Shown here piece by piece: positions 17,041-26,189 of a stretch of DNA of 54,247 nucleotides. Positions within the stretch are counted from its first letter, which is position 1. Every line of letters starts with the position of its first letter. The stretch covers positions 1-54,247 of the forward strand of contig CAYQZG010000009.1 in assembly GCA_964421785.1 (NCBI GenBank), read 5' to 3'. The stretch comes from an uncultured Anaerolineales bacterium (GTDB taxonomy: Bacteria; Chloroflexota; Anaerolineae; B4-G1). The notes beneath the pieces were generated by a model. That model was given only the letters and a program-made list of their open reading frames with translations, was not told where the DNA came from and searched no databases. A program made the position numbers and the translations under genes.

Positions 17041-18524
17041 TAGCCTGTTTCCTCGAGCATGGTCAGGAAGTCGAAACGTCGCAGGAAGGTCTGCTGATCC
17101 CACCGCAGACCACGGGCCTGCCAGACGTGGACCACCTTGGTGGCCCCTGACTCCGTGAAGGTGAGCCGGTCCGGTCCCTCGACGCGCTGGAATGCGTCCT
17201 GGAGACGCTGTGTTACAAGCTCGGGATCCAGGTAGTCGAGGGCCACGACCGTCGCGTCCTGGAGAGGGGGGATGCCCCACATACGGTACTGTCCCCAAGC
17301 GGTGAAGGCGGGCCGCCTGGCGTAGTAACGGATCTGAGCTGCGATGCTGTAGTCGAGGGCAAAGATGGGGGCTGATTCCCGCTCGAGGAGCGCTCCCAGC
17401 GCCGGCCAACCCGCAGCGTCCCGTCGAATGGCAGGGACGATGCTGCTGTGAGGGAGAGGCGATGGCCCGCCCAGGTTGACGACCGTGCCGACACCGAAGA
17501 GGGCCACCCCAAGGAGGAGTGAGGCGAACGCAACAGCTGCGGCCCGCTGGAGCGTGGTTGCTGTGTCGCGCGGGAGGCGGGTGCCGGCGAGCAGGAGCAG
17601 CGGCACAAGGCCCGTGCTCAGGTTACGGGGGCTGTTGATTGGGCTTACGACGACGGGGATCAGCAGGAACAGGGCCAGAAGCGTCAGCAAGCGCTCCGCA
17701 GCAGTGCGTACCCGCCAAAGGCCCGCAGCGCCCAGCAGGATCAGCGGCCCGGTCAGGTAGGCCCAGGCGTGATGCGCGTTCCCGAGCAGGCCCGCACGGT
17801 GTACGGTGGCCCGGGTCACGTGGGCGAGCTGCCAGCGGAAGGATGCCCAGTCGTGCCCGAGGTTCCAGGCGACGACGGGCGCCAAGCCCAGTGCTCCGAC
17901 GCCAGCTCCGACCCAGAGCCTGGGCGTGCGAAGAAGGTGCCGGTGGTCGAGGAGCAGCGCGGCCATGAGAGCCAGGGCGTAGACGTAGGCGCTGTACTTG
18001 GTGTTGAACAGCAGCGCTATGGTGAACCCAAACGCTAGCCCGTCGGCCATGCCGGCGTCCTCCCTCACCATTCGCCAGAAGGCGAGGATGTTCAGCAGCA
18101 TGAGCAACAGGGTTAGGGCATTGGTGTAGACGAAGCGGGAGGTGATGAGAAACGGCGCGCCCACGGCGACGGCGGCTGCCGCGAGGAGCCCCGCTCGGCG
18201 CGACAGCAAGCGCTCTCCCACCAGCCAGGTGAGCACCACGCACGCCACACCCGTCAGACCATTGAGCCAGCGTATGCCAAACGGCGTGGAGCCGCCCAGC
18301 GCGGTGCTGACTCGTATCAGGAGGGCGACGCCAGCCGGGTGGTCATAGTAGGCCCAGGCGGGATGGAGGGACCAGAGCCAGTAGTAGCTCTCGTCGCCGA
18401 TCAAGGACAAGGCGCTGAGGCCCAAGAAGCGGAGGGCCGAAGCAGCAGCCAAGATCAGCAGAAGAATCGGGATGACGTTGGGGATTCTGCCCTGCTGATC
18501 TCGTCGGTCGGTTGGCCGAGTCAC
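17040..18524 (-). CDS. GT-C glycosyltransferase, family 39 (ArnT/PMT-like, polyprenyl-phosphate-sugar dependent)
   Basis: 494-aa multi-TM ORF with the first-loop motif GDESYYWLWSLHPAWAYYDHPAG. The GTG start overlaps the upstream TGA stop (GTGA). Confidence 0.8.
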   Translation of the reverse strand: MTRPTDRRDQQGRIPNVIPILLLILAAASALRFLGLSALSLIGDESYYWLWSLHPAWAYYDHPAGVALLIRVSTALGGSTPFGIRWLNGLTGVACVVLTWLVGERLLSRRAGLLAAAAVAVGAPFLITSRFVYTNALTLLLMLLNILAFWRMVREDAGMADGLAFGFTIALLFNTKYSAYVYALALMAALLLDHRHLLRTPRLWVGAGVGALGLAPVVAWNLGHDWASFRWQLAHVTRATVHRAGLLGNAHHAWAYLTGPLILLGAAGLWRVRTAAERLLTLLALFLLIPVVVSPINSPRNLSTGLVPLLLLAGTRLPRDTATTLQRAAAVAFASLLLGVALFGVGTVVNLGGPSPLPHSSIVPAIRRDAAGWPALGALLERESAPIFALDYSIAAQIRYYARRPAFTAWGQYRMWGIPPLQDATVVALDYLDPELVTQRLQDAFQRVEGPDRLTFTESGATKVVHVWQARGLRWDQQTFLRRFDFLTMLEETG

Positions 18525-19372
18525 GGCTTGACGCCCTCCTGCACGCGAATGGTGTACGTATAGGTGTCCCGTGGTGCGTCGACTGCGATGTCGATGCCCG
18601 ACCAGGAGAGTGTGTAGAAGCCGAGCCAGTTGTACTGTCGATAGCGCTCCCGCCCCACGAAGCCTCGCTGTCCGGGCGATGCCTCAACGCAGAAGCGGAT
18701 CCCGTGCGCGGGCGCCTCCCAGCAGCCGAAGGGCGCTGCCGTCTCCTCCCAGATGCCCACCTGGGTGGCGTTCAACGCTTCGCCGGTGGGATTCACGTAT
18801 TGGGTGAAGGCGCGAGCCCCTTGCTCGTTCATCAGATAGGCCCGCTCCCAGTCGGCGTCGAGCCCGCTGAAGTCGACTGTGACCTCAATCGCGTCGGGTG
18901 TGCGAATCGTATAGCTGAAGACCACCGTGCCCAGGGGGGCGACATCGGCATACTTCACACGAAGCGGGCGCGTGGGACGGTCGACGACGTCAATGCGGTA
19001 GGCCTTGACCATGGTGAGCTGTCCTCCGTGCCAGACCAAGGAGGTCGTGGCGTGCCGAGAGATGTGGGCAGCGCCATCAGCCTCGACGATGGGCAGGCCG
19101 AACCCGTAGCCCTCCTCGATCAGCTCCCGGCCTTCGTGGACGAGCACGAGGCCTTTCTGCAGCGCGGCGATCTTGCCCACGTGGGGGCGGGTGGTGGTGT
19201 AGAGCCGGAGACCCAGGGAGTCAGTTAGTTTTCCGTCAAGGGCGCTCGGCGACTGGATCACGAGGTCCTTGAGGTGGAGTGTGAGCCGCGGCGCGTATCG
19301 CTCCCGGACGGCGACCAGGAGCAGGAGAACGAGGACCAGAGTGATCAGCGCGTAAGCCAGCCGGCGCCTCAT
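18521..19372 (-). CDS. hypothetical membrane-anchored protein
   Basis: 283-aa ORF with a single N-terminal TM helix (AYALITLVLVLLLLVAV) and a beta-rich extracytoplasmic region. No family recognised. Confidence 0.55.
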   Translation of the reverse strand: MRRRLAYALITLVLVLLLLVAVRERYAPRLTLHLKDLVIQSPSALDGKLTDSLGLRLYTTTRPHVGKIAALQKGLVLVHEGRELIEEGYGFGLPIVEADGAAHISRHATTSLVWHGGQLTMVKAYRIDVVDRPTRPLRVKYADVAPLGTVVFSYTIRTPDAIEVTVDFSGLDADWERAYLMNEQGARAFTQYVNPTGEALNATQVGIWEETAAPFGCWEAPAHGIRFCVEASPGQRGFVGRERYRQYNWLGFYTLSWSGIDIAVDAPRDTYTYTIRVQEGVKP

Positions 19373-19445
19373 AGCTCAGTCCTTCGTGTCGGTGGTGAGC
19401 ATGGCGGGTCGGATGGCAGCGTCGTCACGCTGTGTGCATGAGCCA

Positions 19446-20786
19446 TTATGGGACGGCTCCAGTGTGCTGAGAGTCGCGGTGGAACATCGGCCAGGCGCGA
19501 CGGCCCAACGGCCCAACGTCACGCAGCAGATGGATGCCGTTGTCCGCACCCACCACGATGTCGGCGCGTCCGTCTCCCTCCAGATCCCCGACCCAGGGTG
19601 AGGAGAAGACGTGTGCTCCCAGATTGTGCGGAAAGCCGGGAAGCGGCTCGGCCTCGGCTGTCCAGCCATACAGGTTCCCATCCTTTGAGCCGACGACGAT
19701 GTCGAGCGCATTGTCTCCGTTCAGGTCGACGAGCGCGGCGGAGGAGATGATCTGATCGTCGACCTGGATGGGCCATCCGGGAAGGGGACATCCGGCGTCG
19801 TCCCAGATGTAGATCCGCCCGTCCCAGCTTCCGACGACGATCTCGAAGGCGCTGTCTCCGTCGAGATCAGCCACGGCGGGTGAGGCTTCGATGGCGTGGA
19901 CGTTGCCGCCGGGTGGGTGCGGCGTCGGGGTCGGCCCCGAGATGACGCCCATGGTGCGCACTGGGAACCCCTCCCGGTCTTGCCCTTGCGCGTCGATGAC
20001 GTGAAGGTACCCATCGTCGTCGCCGAAGATCATCCATCTCTCGCCGTTCTGGTCGAGGTCGGCCAGGGCAGGTGATGAGTCGGAGTCGCGCGTCAGCGCC
20101 ACCGGGAAACCGGGAATCTGCTCTCCACGTGGACCGTTCCCGACCAGGGTCCAGGCCGTGAGCCACCCTTCCGATGGGTCGCCTCTGGTGAGGGAGGTGA
20201 TGACAAGCAGATCCCCGTCGCTGGCGGCGGTGGCATCGGCCCATCCGTTCATCGGCTTGGGCCAGCCAGCGACGTTCTCTCCGCCGGCGGTGAGGAGAAA
20301 CATGTGTTCGTCTCCGCCGATGGCGAGCAGCGGACCCTCCAGTACTGTGGGCGATGACCAGATCTCCTCGCCGCCAAGGTCGACAGGGAATCCGGTGACG
20401 GACGAGCCGTCGTGGTTCCAGCCGTACAGAAGGCCGCGATCCGAACCGACGACGATCTCCATGGCGCCGTCGAGATCTAGGTCCGCGAGAGCCGGGGAGG
20501 AGAAGAAGCCACGGCGACTCCATTTGGGCCATCCCGGCAGATCGTGCAGCTCGGTGTCGAGGAGGTAGAAGTGCCCATCCCAAGAGCCGACGGCGATCTC
20601 CATTCTCCCGTCTCCGTCGGCGTCCCAGGCCACGGGCGAGGAGATGACCGGATCGCTGGTTGGCCTGAAGCGATGGTCGGTCGCCAGATCGCGCGGCGGC
20701 CTGACCACTGCGCGGCAGCTGACCAGGAGCAACGAGAGACCGGCCAAGACGGCTGCGCACAGACATCTACGGCTCACGGTCTCCAT
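19446..20786 (-). CDS. FG-GAP/VCBS repeat beta-propeller lipoprotein
   Basis: The signal and lipobox are LSLLLVSC. Units such as DADGDGRMEIAVGSWDGHFY, DLDGDSAFEIVVGSWDGRIY and DLEGDGRADIVVG recur through the protein. Confidence 0.75.
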   Translation of the reverse strand: METVSRRCLCAAVLAGLSLLLVSCRAVVRPPRDLATDHRFRPTSDPVISSPVAWDADGDGRMEIAVGSWDGHFYLLDTELHDLPGWPKWSRRGFFSSPALADLDLDGAMEIVVGSDRGLLYGWNHDGSSVTGFPVDLGGEEIWSSPTVLEGPLLAIGGDEHMFLLTAGGENVAGWPKPMNGWADATAASDGDLLVITSLTRGDPSEGWLTAWTLVGNGPRGEQIPGFPVALTRDSDSSPALADLDQNGERWMIFGDDDGYLHVIDAQGQDREGFPVRTMGVISGPTPTPHPPGGNVHAIEASPAVADLDGDSAFEIVVGSWDGRIYIWDDAGCPLPGWPIQVDDQIISSAALVDLNGDNALDIVVGSKDGNLYGWTAEAEPLPGFPHNLGAHVFSSPWVGDLEGDGRADIVVGADNGIHLLRDVGPLGRRAWPMFHRDSQHTGAVP

Positions 20787-22299
20787 CGTCCCTGATCGAT
20801 ACGGCGTTCGTCATCATGGGTGGGTCATCCCTTTTCGCCACGCGGTTCCGGCGCGGGAGGGAGGTGTGAGCGGCGAGGAGGCCGAAGACGGTGGCGGCGT
20901 ACCAGCTGTTGGTCGGGAAGAGGGCAACGTCGAAGAGGCCGGTGATCAGCATAGCGATCCACGGTGCCCAGGCCGGAGACTGAGGGCGGGTGAGGCCGCT
21001 CAGAGCCAGCCAGATCCAGAGGGCGGCCCCTGGCAGACCGAGCTCGGCCGCGATCAGCAATGGGACGTTGTGCACGGTGCGTGAATCGGTCTCGATGGCG
21101 CGGACGGCGACCAGGTAGTTGTTCACCCCCACGCCCTGCCAGGGGTGCTGCTTGATCAGCTGTAGGGCCAAGTTCGCATCCACTTGTCGATCTGAGACGG
21201 AGCGCGCCTCGATGGGCGTTTCCAGGTGCAGGAAGCGGCTGGCGACCAGGTCGTGGTATAGGAGCAAGAAGACCAAGGCCAGCGCAACAGGTATGACAAT
21301 CTGCACGTGCCGCCAATGTGGTTTCAGTCCCTTGGAGAGAAGATGGGTGAGCTTCTTCTCTCCAGGGTCGCGTAGGCGGCGGATAGTGGTCAGCGCCAAG
21401 CTCAACAGCAAGCCTAGCAGGCCCACGCCGAAGGCGAGCCAGGCGCTGCGAGAGAAGGTGGTCAGCAATCCCAGGAGGCCAATGCTGACGACCAGTGTAA
21501 ACCAGACTTGTGCCCAGCCGCACGCTTTGGCAGCGCCCCCGAGACGGGGGCTGTGAGCAGGGCAGGACCGTGCCCAGCCGCACGCTTTGGCTATGTCGCT
21601 TCGCTTCTCTTTCATGGTGGTGTCGTCGATGATAAGAAGCAGCGAGATCGAAAGCACTGCGCCGAGTAGGTTGGGGTGACCACTGAGGCCATAGGCACGG
21701 AGCCAACGTTGACCGCGGGCGAAGAGCACACAGATGCCGGATATCTCGGGATCCAGCGTGGGCTCCCCCAGCGCGCTGAGCCCCAGGTCTCCCTGAAGCG
21801 CAAACTGGCCCACTGCGACGCTGCTCTGTATCGCGATCAGAAGCGTCAGCGGAATCGTCAGGCTTGGGGCCTCGTTGACGATGAACAGATAGACCCACCA
21901 GAGCAGGCCCAGGGCGAGGGTGACGAGCACCGTGCGTCGGTTGAGGGCTGGTTTGAGGCTGAGCAGCATCAGCAAGGTCAGCCCGGCCAGGGGGAGCGCG
22001 ATGCCGGGCCTGCCCCAGCGCCAGGGTCGCGAGGGACGTTCAAGGGCGCGAGCGAGGAACCATGCGATGAGGGCCAGCCCGGGCAGCAGGACGAGCGGTC
22101 CCAAGGCCACCGGAGCCTCATCGATGCCGGGGACCTGGACGATGGGCAGCCAGTTGAGTGGGCCCCTGGTGGGCGAGGGAAAGACGAGGATCAGCGTGAT
22201 GAAGGTGAGGAAGAGACCCTGCTTGGCTTTGTTGACAAGCGCCGTGCGGCGGGCCTGGTTGGGCGGCCTGGGGGACGCGTCAGCCTGGATTGTGCTCAC
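20767..22299 (-). CDS. O-antigen ligase / polymerase family (Wzy_C domain) membrane protein
   Basis: 510-aa ORF with 10 or more TM segments. It has the Wzy_C-type motif VHNVPLLIAAELGLPGAALW. A 20-codon repeat-derived insert lies at 21510-21591. Confidence 0.75.
   Translation of the reverse strand: MSTIQADASPRPPNQARRTALVNKAKQGLFLTFITLILVFPSPTRGPLNWLPIVQVPGIDEAPVALGPLVLLPGLALIAWFLARALERPSRPWRWGRPGIALPLAGLTLLMLLSLKPALNRRTVLVTLALGLLWWVYLFIVNEAPSLTIPLTLLIAIQSSVAVGQFALQGDLGLSALGEPTLDPEISGICVLFARGQRWLRAYGLSGHPNLLGAVLSISLLLIIDDTTMKEKRSDIAKACGWARSCPAHSPRLGGAAKACGWAQVWFTLVVSIGLLGLLTTFSRSAWLAFGVGLLGLLLSLALTTIRRLRDPGEKKLTHLLSKGLKPHWRHVQIVIPVALALVFLLLYHDLVASRFLHLETPIEARSVSDRQVDANLALQLIKQHPWQGVGVNNYLVAVRAIETDSRTVHNVPLLIAAELGLPGAALWIWLALSGLTRPQSPAWAPWIAMLITGLFDVALFPTNSWYAATVFGLLAAHTSLPRRNRVAKRDDPPMMTNAVSIRDDGDREP
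21510..21591. repeat. 22-bp direct repeat pair flanking a palindromic core, in frame inside the Wzy-like gene
   Basis: GTGCCCAGCCGCACGCTTTGGC occurs at 21510-21531 and 21570-21591, exactly 60 bp apart. Between the copies, CGCCCCCGAGACGGGGGCT is identical to the inner-hairpin arm of the MITE at 29661 and 32232. Confidence 0.8.
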
Positions 22300-22300
22300 G

Positions 22301-23788
22301 TCACCCTTCCACCGTGGGCCGAAAACGGGAGGTTGCGGCGCCAGGCAGTCGTGCGATGGCGTTCACCAGGAGACGGTCGCGCCACAGCCCCAGCCTAGCC
22401 TTCATCCGGCCCAGGAGCGAGGCCTGTTCGCCAGCCTTCAGGCGCGCGTCGCGCCACTCACTATGGAACCAGCGGATGACGCGGCGGTAGAACAGCGTGC
22501 TGAAGCGTCCACGCTCAAACAGCACACGGTTCTCGGCGGTGTGTGTCCAGTCTGGTGCGTGCTCTCCCTCGAACGTGAGACGGTCGCGCACCTCCTCGTA
22601 GAACGGCGTGCCCGGCAGGGGGTAGGCGATGGTGGTGCTGAACGCGTCGGGGCGCGTTCGCCGCAGCAGGCTCACGGAGCGCTCCAGGTCTGACCACGTC
22701 TCGCCTGGATAGCCGACCATCATGTAGAAGTAGGTCTCGATGCCGAGCCGTCGGCAGAGCTCGGCGGCTTGATCGATCTGCTCGACCGTGATGCCCTTGT
22801 TCATGGCGTCGAGCACGGCCTGCGATCCGGACTCCGCGCCGAAATGGATGCGACGACAGCCGACGTCCTTCAGCAGGCGGGCCATCTCCTCGTCCATGAG
22901 GTCGACGCGGCTGAGGCATTCGAAGGGGGTCACGGCTGTAGGGACAGCCGCGTCCTTCTCGAGCAAGGCGTCGTGCCAGGCGCGCACCCAGTCGCGATTG
23001 ATGCCCATGACGTCGTCGACGATGCGGATCTGGTCAGGCCGATACGCCTGCTTGATGCGGGCCATCTCGTCGGCTACGGACTGCGGCGAGCGAGGGCGGA
23101 AACTACGACCAAAGACGCTCTTCTGACACCAGCTACAGCCGTAGGGGCAGCCGCGGGTAGCAATAATTGAGAGAGAGAAGTGGTCGTGCGCGCTCCGCCA
23201 GGCCCGACGGTACTGCTCGATGTCGAGGAGATCCCGGGCCGGGAGGGGTAGGCGATCTATGTCTTCGATGAGGGGGCGTCTTGGCGTTTGGACCATCTGA
23301 TCCATCTCATCGCGGTAGGCCACACCTTGCACCTCACCCAGCGCAGCAGCAGGATGCTCTCCCTCGAGCAAGGGAGGCAGGATCTCCAGAATCGTATCCT
23401 CGCCTTCGCCGATGACAGCGACGTCGACGAGAAACACCCCTCCGGCTTGCTGCTGCAGGTAGAGGTCAGGGCGGGCTGTGGGATCTGCCCCGCCCACGAT
23501 GACGGTAGCGCCCCATGCCTTGGCCAGGGCTGCCAGGCGAAGGGCCGCCTCGCGGACGGTGGCCAGGACCGAGAGCCCGACGATCTGAGGGCGCTCTCGC
23601 TCCAAGGCACTGAGGAAGGCGTCGTCGCCCTCGGCGAACATGGCGTCGAAGATGGTCACGTCGTGGCCGGCCTCGCGGGCGGCCCCGGCGAGATAGAGCA
23701 GGCCCAGGGGAAAATAGGGGGTCATCAGACGGGATTCCACCGGGTCACTGTGCAGAAAGAGCGGGTTCACCAGCATTAGGTCAGACAT
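22301..23788 (-). CDS. B12-binding domain-containing radical SAM protein
   Basis: The N-terminal B12-binding-type region is YFPLGLLYLAGAAREAGHDVTIFD. The radical SAM cluster motif is RGCPYGCSWCQK. I moved the start to ATG 23788 (GGGAG RBS). Confidence 0.85.
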   Translation of the reverse strand: MSDLMLVNPLFLHSDPVESRLMTPYFPLGLLYLAGAAREAGHDVTIFDAMFAEGDDAFLSALERERPQIVGLSVLATVREAALRLAALAKAWGATVIVGGADPTARPDLYLQQQAGGVFLVDVAVIGEGEDTILEILPPLLEGEHPAAALGEVQGVAYRDEMDQMVQTPRRPLIEDIDRLPLPARDLLDIEQYRRAWRSAHDHFSLSIIATRGCPYGCSWCQKSVFGRSFRPRSPQSVADEMARIKQAYRPDQIRIVDDVMGINRDWVRAWHDALLEKDAAVPTAVTPFECLSRVDLMDEEMARLLKDVGCRRIHFGAESGSQAVLDAMNKGITVEQIDQAAELCRRLGIETYFYMMVGYPGETWSDLERSVSLLRRTRPDAFSTTIAYPLPGTPFYEEVRDRLTFEGEHAPDWTHTAENRVLFERGRFSTLFYRRVIRWFHSEWRDARLKAGEQASLLGRMKARLGLWRDRLLVNAIARLPGAATSRFRPTVEG

Positions 23789-23825
23789 AGGCTCCCATTC
23801 CACGCTGTTTGCTGTCATCATGGGT

Positions 23826-24761
23826 CTACGGATCCGCCAGGGCACGCAGGCGTTCGTCGAAGGACTTCAGAATGGCATGCTCATTGCTCTCGAAATGGCC
23901 CTTGCAGCGGTCGACACTGAAGCAGGCCGTGTCCGTGTCCCCTCCCTGCTTGACGAAGCGGCGGATCTTGCGTCTTCGTTCGAAGCGCTCCAGCTGGCCG
24001 CCCACAAACGTGCCCAGCGCGATCTCGGCCAGCGAGCGTGCGGAGGAGCGCGAGGCCACGAGCGGCTCGATGGGTCGAGGCAGTCCGGTTGCGTTAGGGA
24101 GGAAACGCGTCGTCCAGTGGTTTGCCGCTTGCATGCGGTGGTAGATGTCCAGGCCCGCCAGCGGCACCATCTGTGCCAGCTCGTGAGCGACATACAAGTT
24201 ATGCTCTTCGAAGTCGAGCGTGTGCTCGGAGAGCAGGTAGTTGGGGCAGACCTCGTGGTCGTTTCGTGCGGCGGGCTTGACCACCAAGCCGATGACCATG
24301 GCCCGCGTGAGCCAGAGCCGACCGGGTGCTGTGACGATCAGGAAATCGATGTCGTCGCCAGGTACCACGTTGCCTACGGCCAGGGCTCCGGTGAGCATGA
24401 CGGCTCGCACGAACGGTAGGGCGGCGATCGCTCGTCCGTAGCGCAAGGCAAGAGGCCACATCTGGGCTGCGACCTCTGCACGGCGTCGGCGCAGCTTCAC
24501 CAACTCCCTACGTTGGGGGAGCGTGACATACGCGCCGTGCCGCTCCAACCTCCTGCTCGCCCAGCTATCCGCTTCCAGCGCGCCAAGAATACGGCCACGA
24601 TCCATCTTCAGACCGAGGAGGTATCGGTGGATCTGAGAGGGCGTTAGCGGGTAGTCAAATACGTCAGCGTAGGCCAGAGTACATAGGATCGCCAGACCAA
24701 GCTGATCGAGCGTTGGGTCCGTCCAAATTGATTCGGCGTCGGGAATGCTCCGTGATCCCAT
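23826..24761 (-). CDS. hypothetical protein with a Pol-beta-like nucleotidyltransferase-type motif
   Basis: 311-aa ORF. The segment GALAVGNVVPGDDIDFLIV resembles the minimal NTase G-x-x...D-x-D signature. Weak family call. Confidence 0.5.
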   Translation of the reverse strand: MGSRSIPDAESIWTDPTLDQLGLAILCTLAYADVFDYPLTPSQIHRYLLGLKMDRGRILGALEADSWASRRLERHGAYVTLPQRRELVKLRRRRAEVAAQMWPLALRYGRAIAALPFVRAVMLTGALAVGNVVPGDDIDFLIVTAPGRLWLTRAMVIGLVVKPAARNDHEVCPNYLLSEHTLDFEEHNLYVAHELAQMVPLAGLDIYHRMQAANHWTTRFLPNATGLPRPIEPLVASRSSARSLAEIALGTFVGGQLERFERRRKIRRFVKQGGDTDTACFSVDRCKGHFESNEHAILKSFDERLRALADP

Positions 24762-24822
24762 GCATTCAACCCCTTGATGCGAATGTTAGCAGGCGCACGA
24801 ATCCGGCGAGATTGGCCTCGTC

Positions 24823-26166
24823 TCACACCCGCTTGTAGAGTCGCCCCATCCGCAGCCAGCCGATGGAGCCATCTGACTTGCGAATCACGTCCACCGTCGT
24901 GCTCTTCAGAGGGCCGTCCAACACCAACAGACGGTCCTCGGCGCAAAGCGTCAGCGAGGTAGGCGGCGGGTCTGGAGGAGGTGGACCGTCCTTGTCCGGG
25001 AAGCCCTGTTGATAGACAAGCTGTCCCACGAGCTTCCCGGCCAGCATGCCCAACTCGATCTCCGCGAAGGGGCGCACATAGAGGCCCACGAACGGGCGCA
25101 GCTGTGCTTCGGTTGCCTCGATGGGCTCCGGTTCTTCGCGTTCGACCCCGAATTGCTCCTTCAGCAACCAGCGTCTTACGTCCTCGATGGCGCTTCCCCC
25201 CTTGTCCGCGTTCGTGACCATCGTGAAGGCAAAGTTGTGGTCCGGGATTAGCATCAAGGTAGACACCTGCCCTGAGGTTCCGCCACCGTGGTCGACGATG
25301 CGCAAGCCCTGGACATCCTCCAGGTGCCAGCTCAGGCCGATCGATCTGTCGCCTTGGATGGGCGCCTGGGCGGACCGCATCTGCAACACGGTCTCCGCGG
25401 GGAGGATGCGCGTGCCGTCCTCGGCGGTTCCGTCGCCGAGGTGGAAGCGGGCATACCGCAGCAGCGTTGAGACGTCGCAGACGATGCCGCCGGCTGGATA
25501 CGCTGATGGAGGCAGCGGCCATGGGCGGGCGACCAGAGGCACATCTTCGTCAACCCGATGTCCCACGGCGAAGCGGTGGGTGATCACATCCCCGGGGTCG
25601 AAGAAGACGCGCTCCAGACCAAGAGGATCGAGCACCAGTTCCTCCAGTGCCTCCACAAACGAGCTGCCATTGACAGTGGCAAGCATGTGTCCTGCCACGC
25701 TGAAGCCGGCGTTGTTGTAAGAGTAGTGCAGGCCCAAGGGCGCCAGCTGCTCCAGGTCACACATGCCGGTGACATAGTCGCTGAGCGCACGGTCCCCGGC
25801 GCCAGTGTCCAGGAAGAAGTCGCCGACCCAACCGGCGGTGTGCGTGAGGACGTGGCGCAGCGTGGCGCGCGCCGAGGCATCCTCATCGCTGACCTTGAAG
25901 TCGGGAAGATAGGTGGAGATTGGCGCGTCAAGGTCGAGTCTGTCCTGCGCGGCCAGCCGGACGATCGCCGTTGCCGTGAAGGTCTTGGTGATCGACCCGA
26001 TCTGAAATAGCGTCTCGTCGGTTACGTTCAGAGGGTGATCCACATGCGTGATGCTGAAGCCAGCCGTGTAGGCGTCGCCGTCTTGCAGAACCCCAACGGC
26101 AGCTCCGGGCACCTTGTGCTTCTCGATGGCCTGCGCGACGATCTCGCTCAATTCCTCGTATCTCAT
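24823..26166 (-). CDS. serine hydrolase, beta-lactamase/PBP-fold family
   Basis: The SxxK motif is SITKTF and the YxN motif is YSYNNAG. The start ATG 26166 has a GGAGG RBS. The longer 703-aa track ORF runs through the UbiA gene in another frame. Confidence 0.8.
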   Translation of the reverse strand: MRYEELSEIVAQAIEKHKVPGAAVGVLQDGDAYTAGFSITHVDHPLNVTDETLFQIGSITKTFTATAIVRLAAQDRLDLDAPISTYLPDFKVSDEDASARATLRHVLTHTAGWVGDFFLDTGAGDRALSDYVTGMCDLEQLAPLGLHYSYNNAGFSVAGHMLATVNGSSFVEALEELVLDPLGLERVFFDPGDVITHRFAVGHRVDEDVPLVARPWPLPPSAYPAGGIVCDVSTLLRYARFHLGDGTAEDGTRILPAETVLQMRSAQAPIQGDRSIGLSWHLEDVQGLRIVDHGGGTSGQVSTLMLIPDHNFAFTMVTNADKGGSAIEDVRRWLLKEQFGVEREEPEPIEATEAQLRPFVGLYVRPFAEIELGMLAGKLVGQLVYQQGFPDKDGPPPPDPPPTSLTLCAEDRLLVLDGPLKSTTVDVIRKSDGSIGWLRMGRLYKRV

Positions 26167-26189
26167 TGATCCTCCATACTTCCTCTCAA

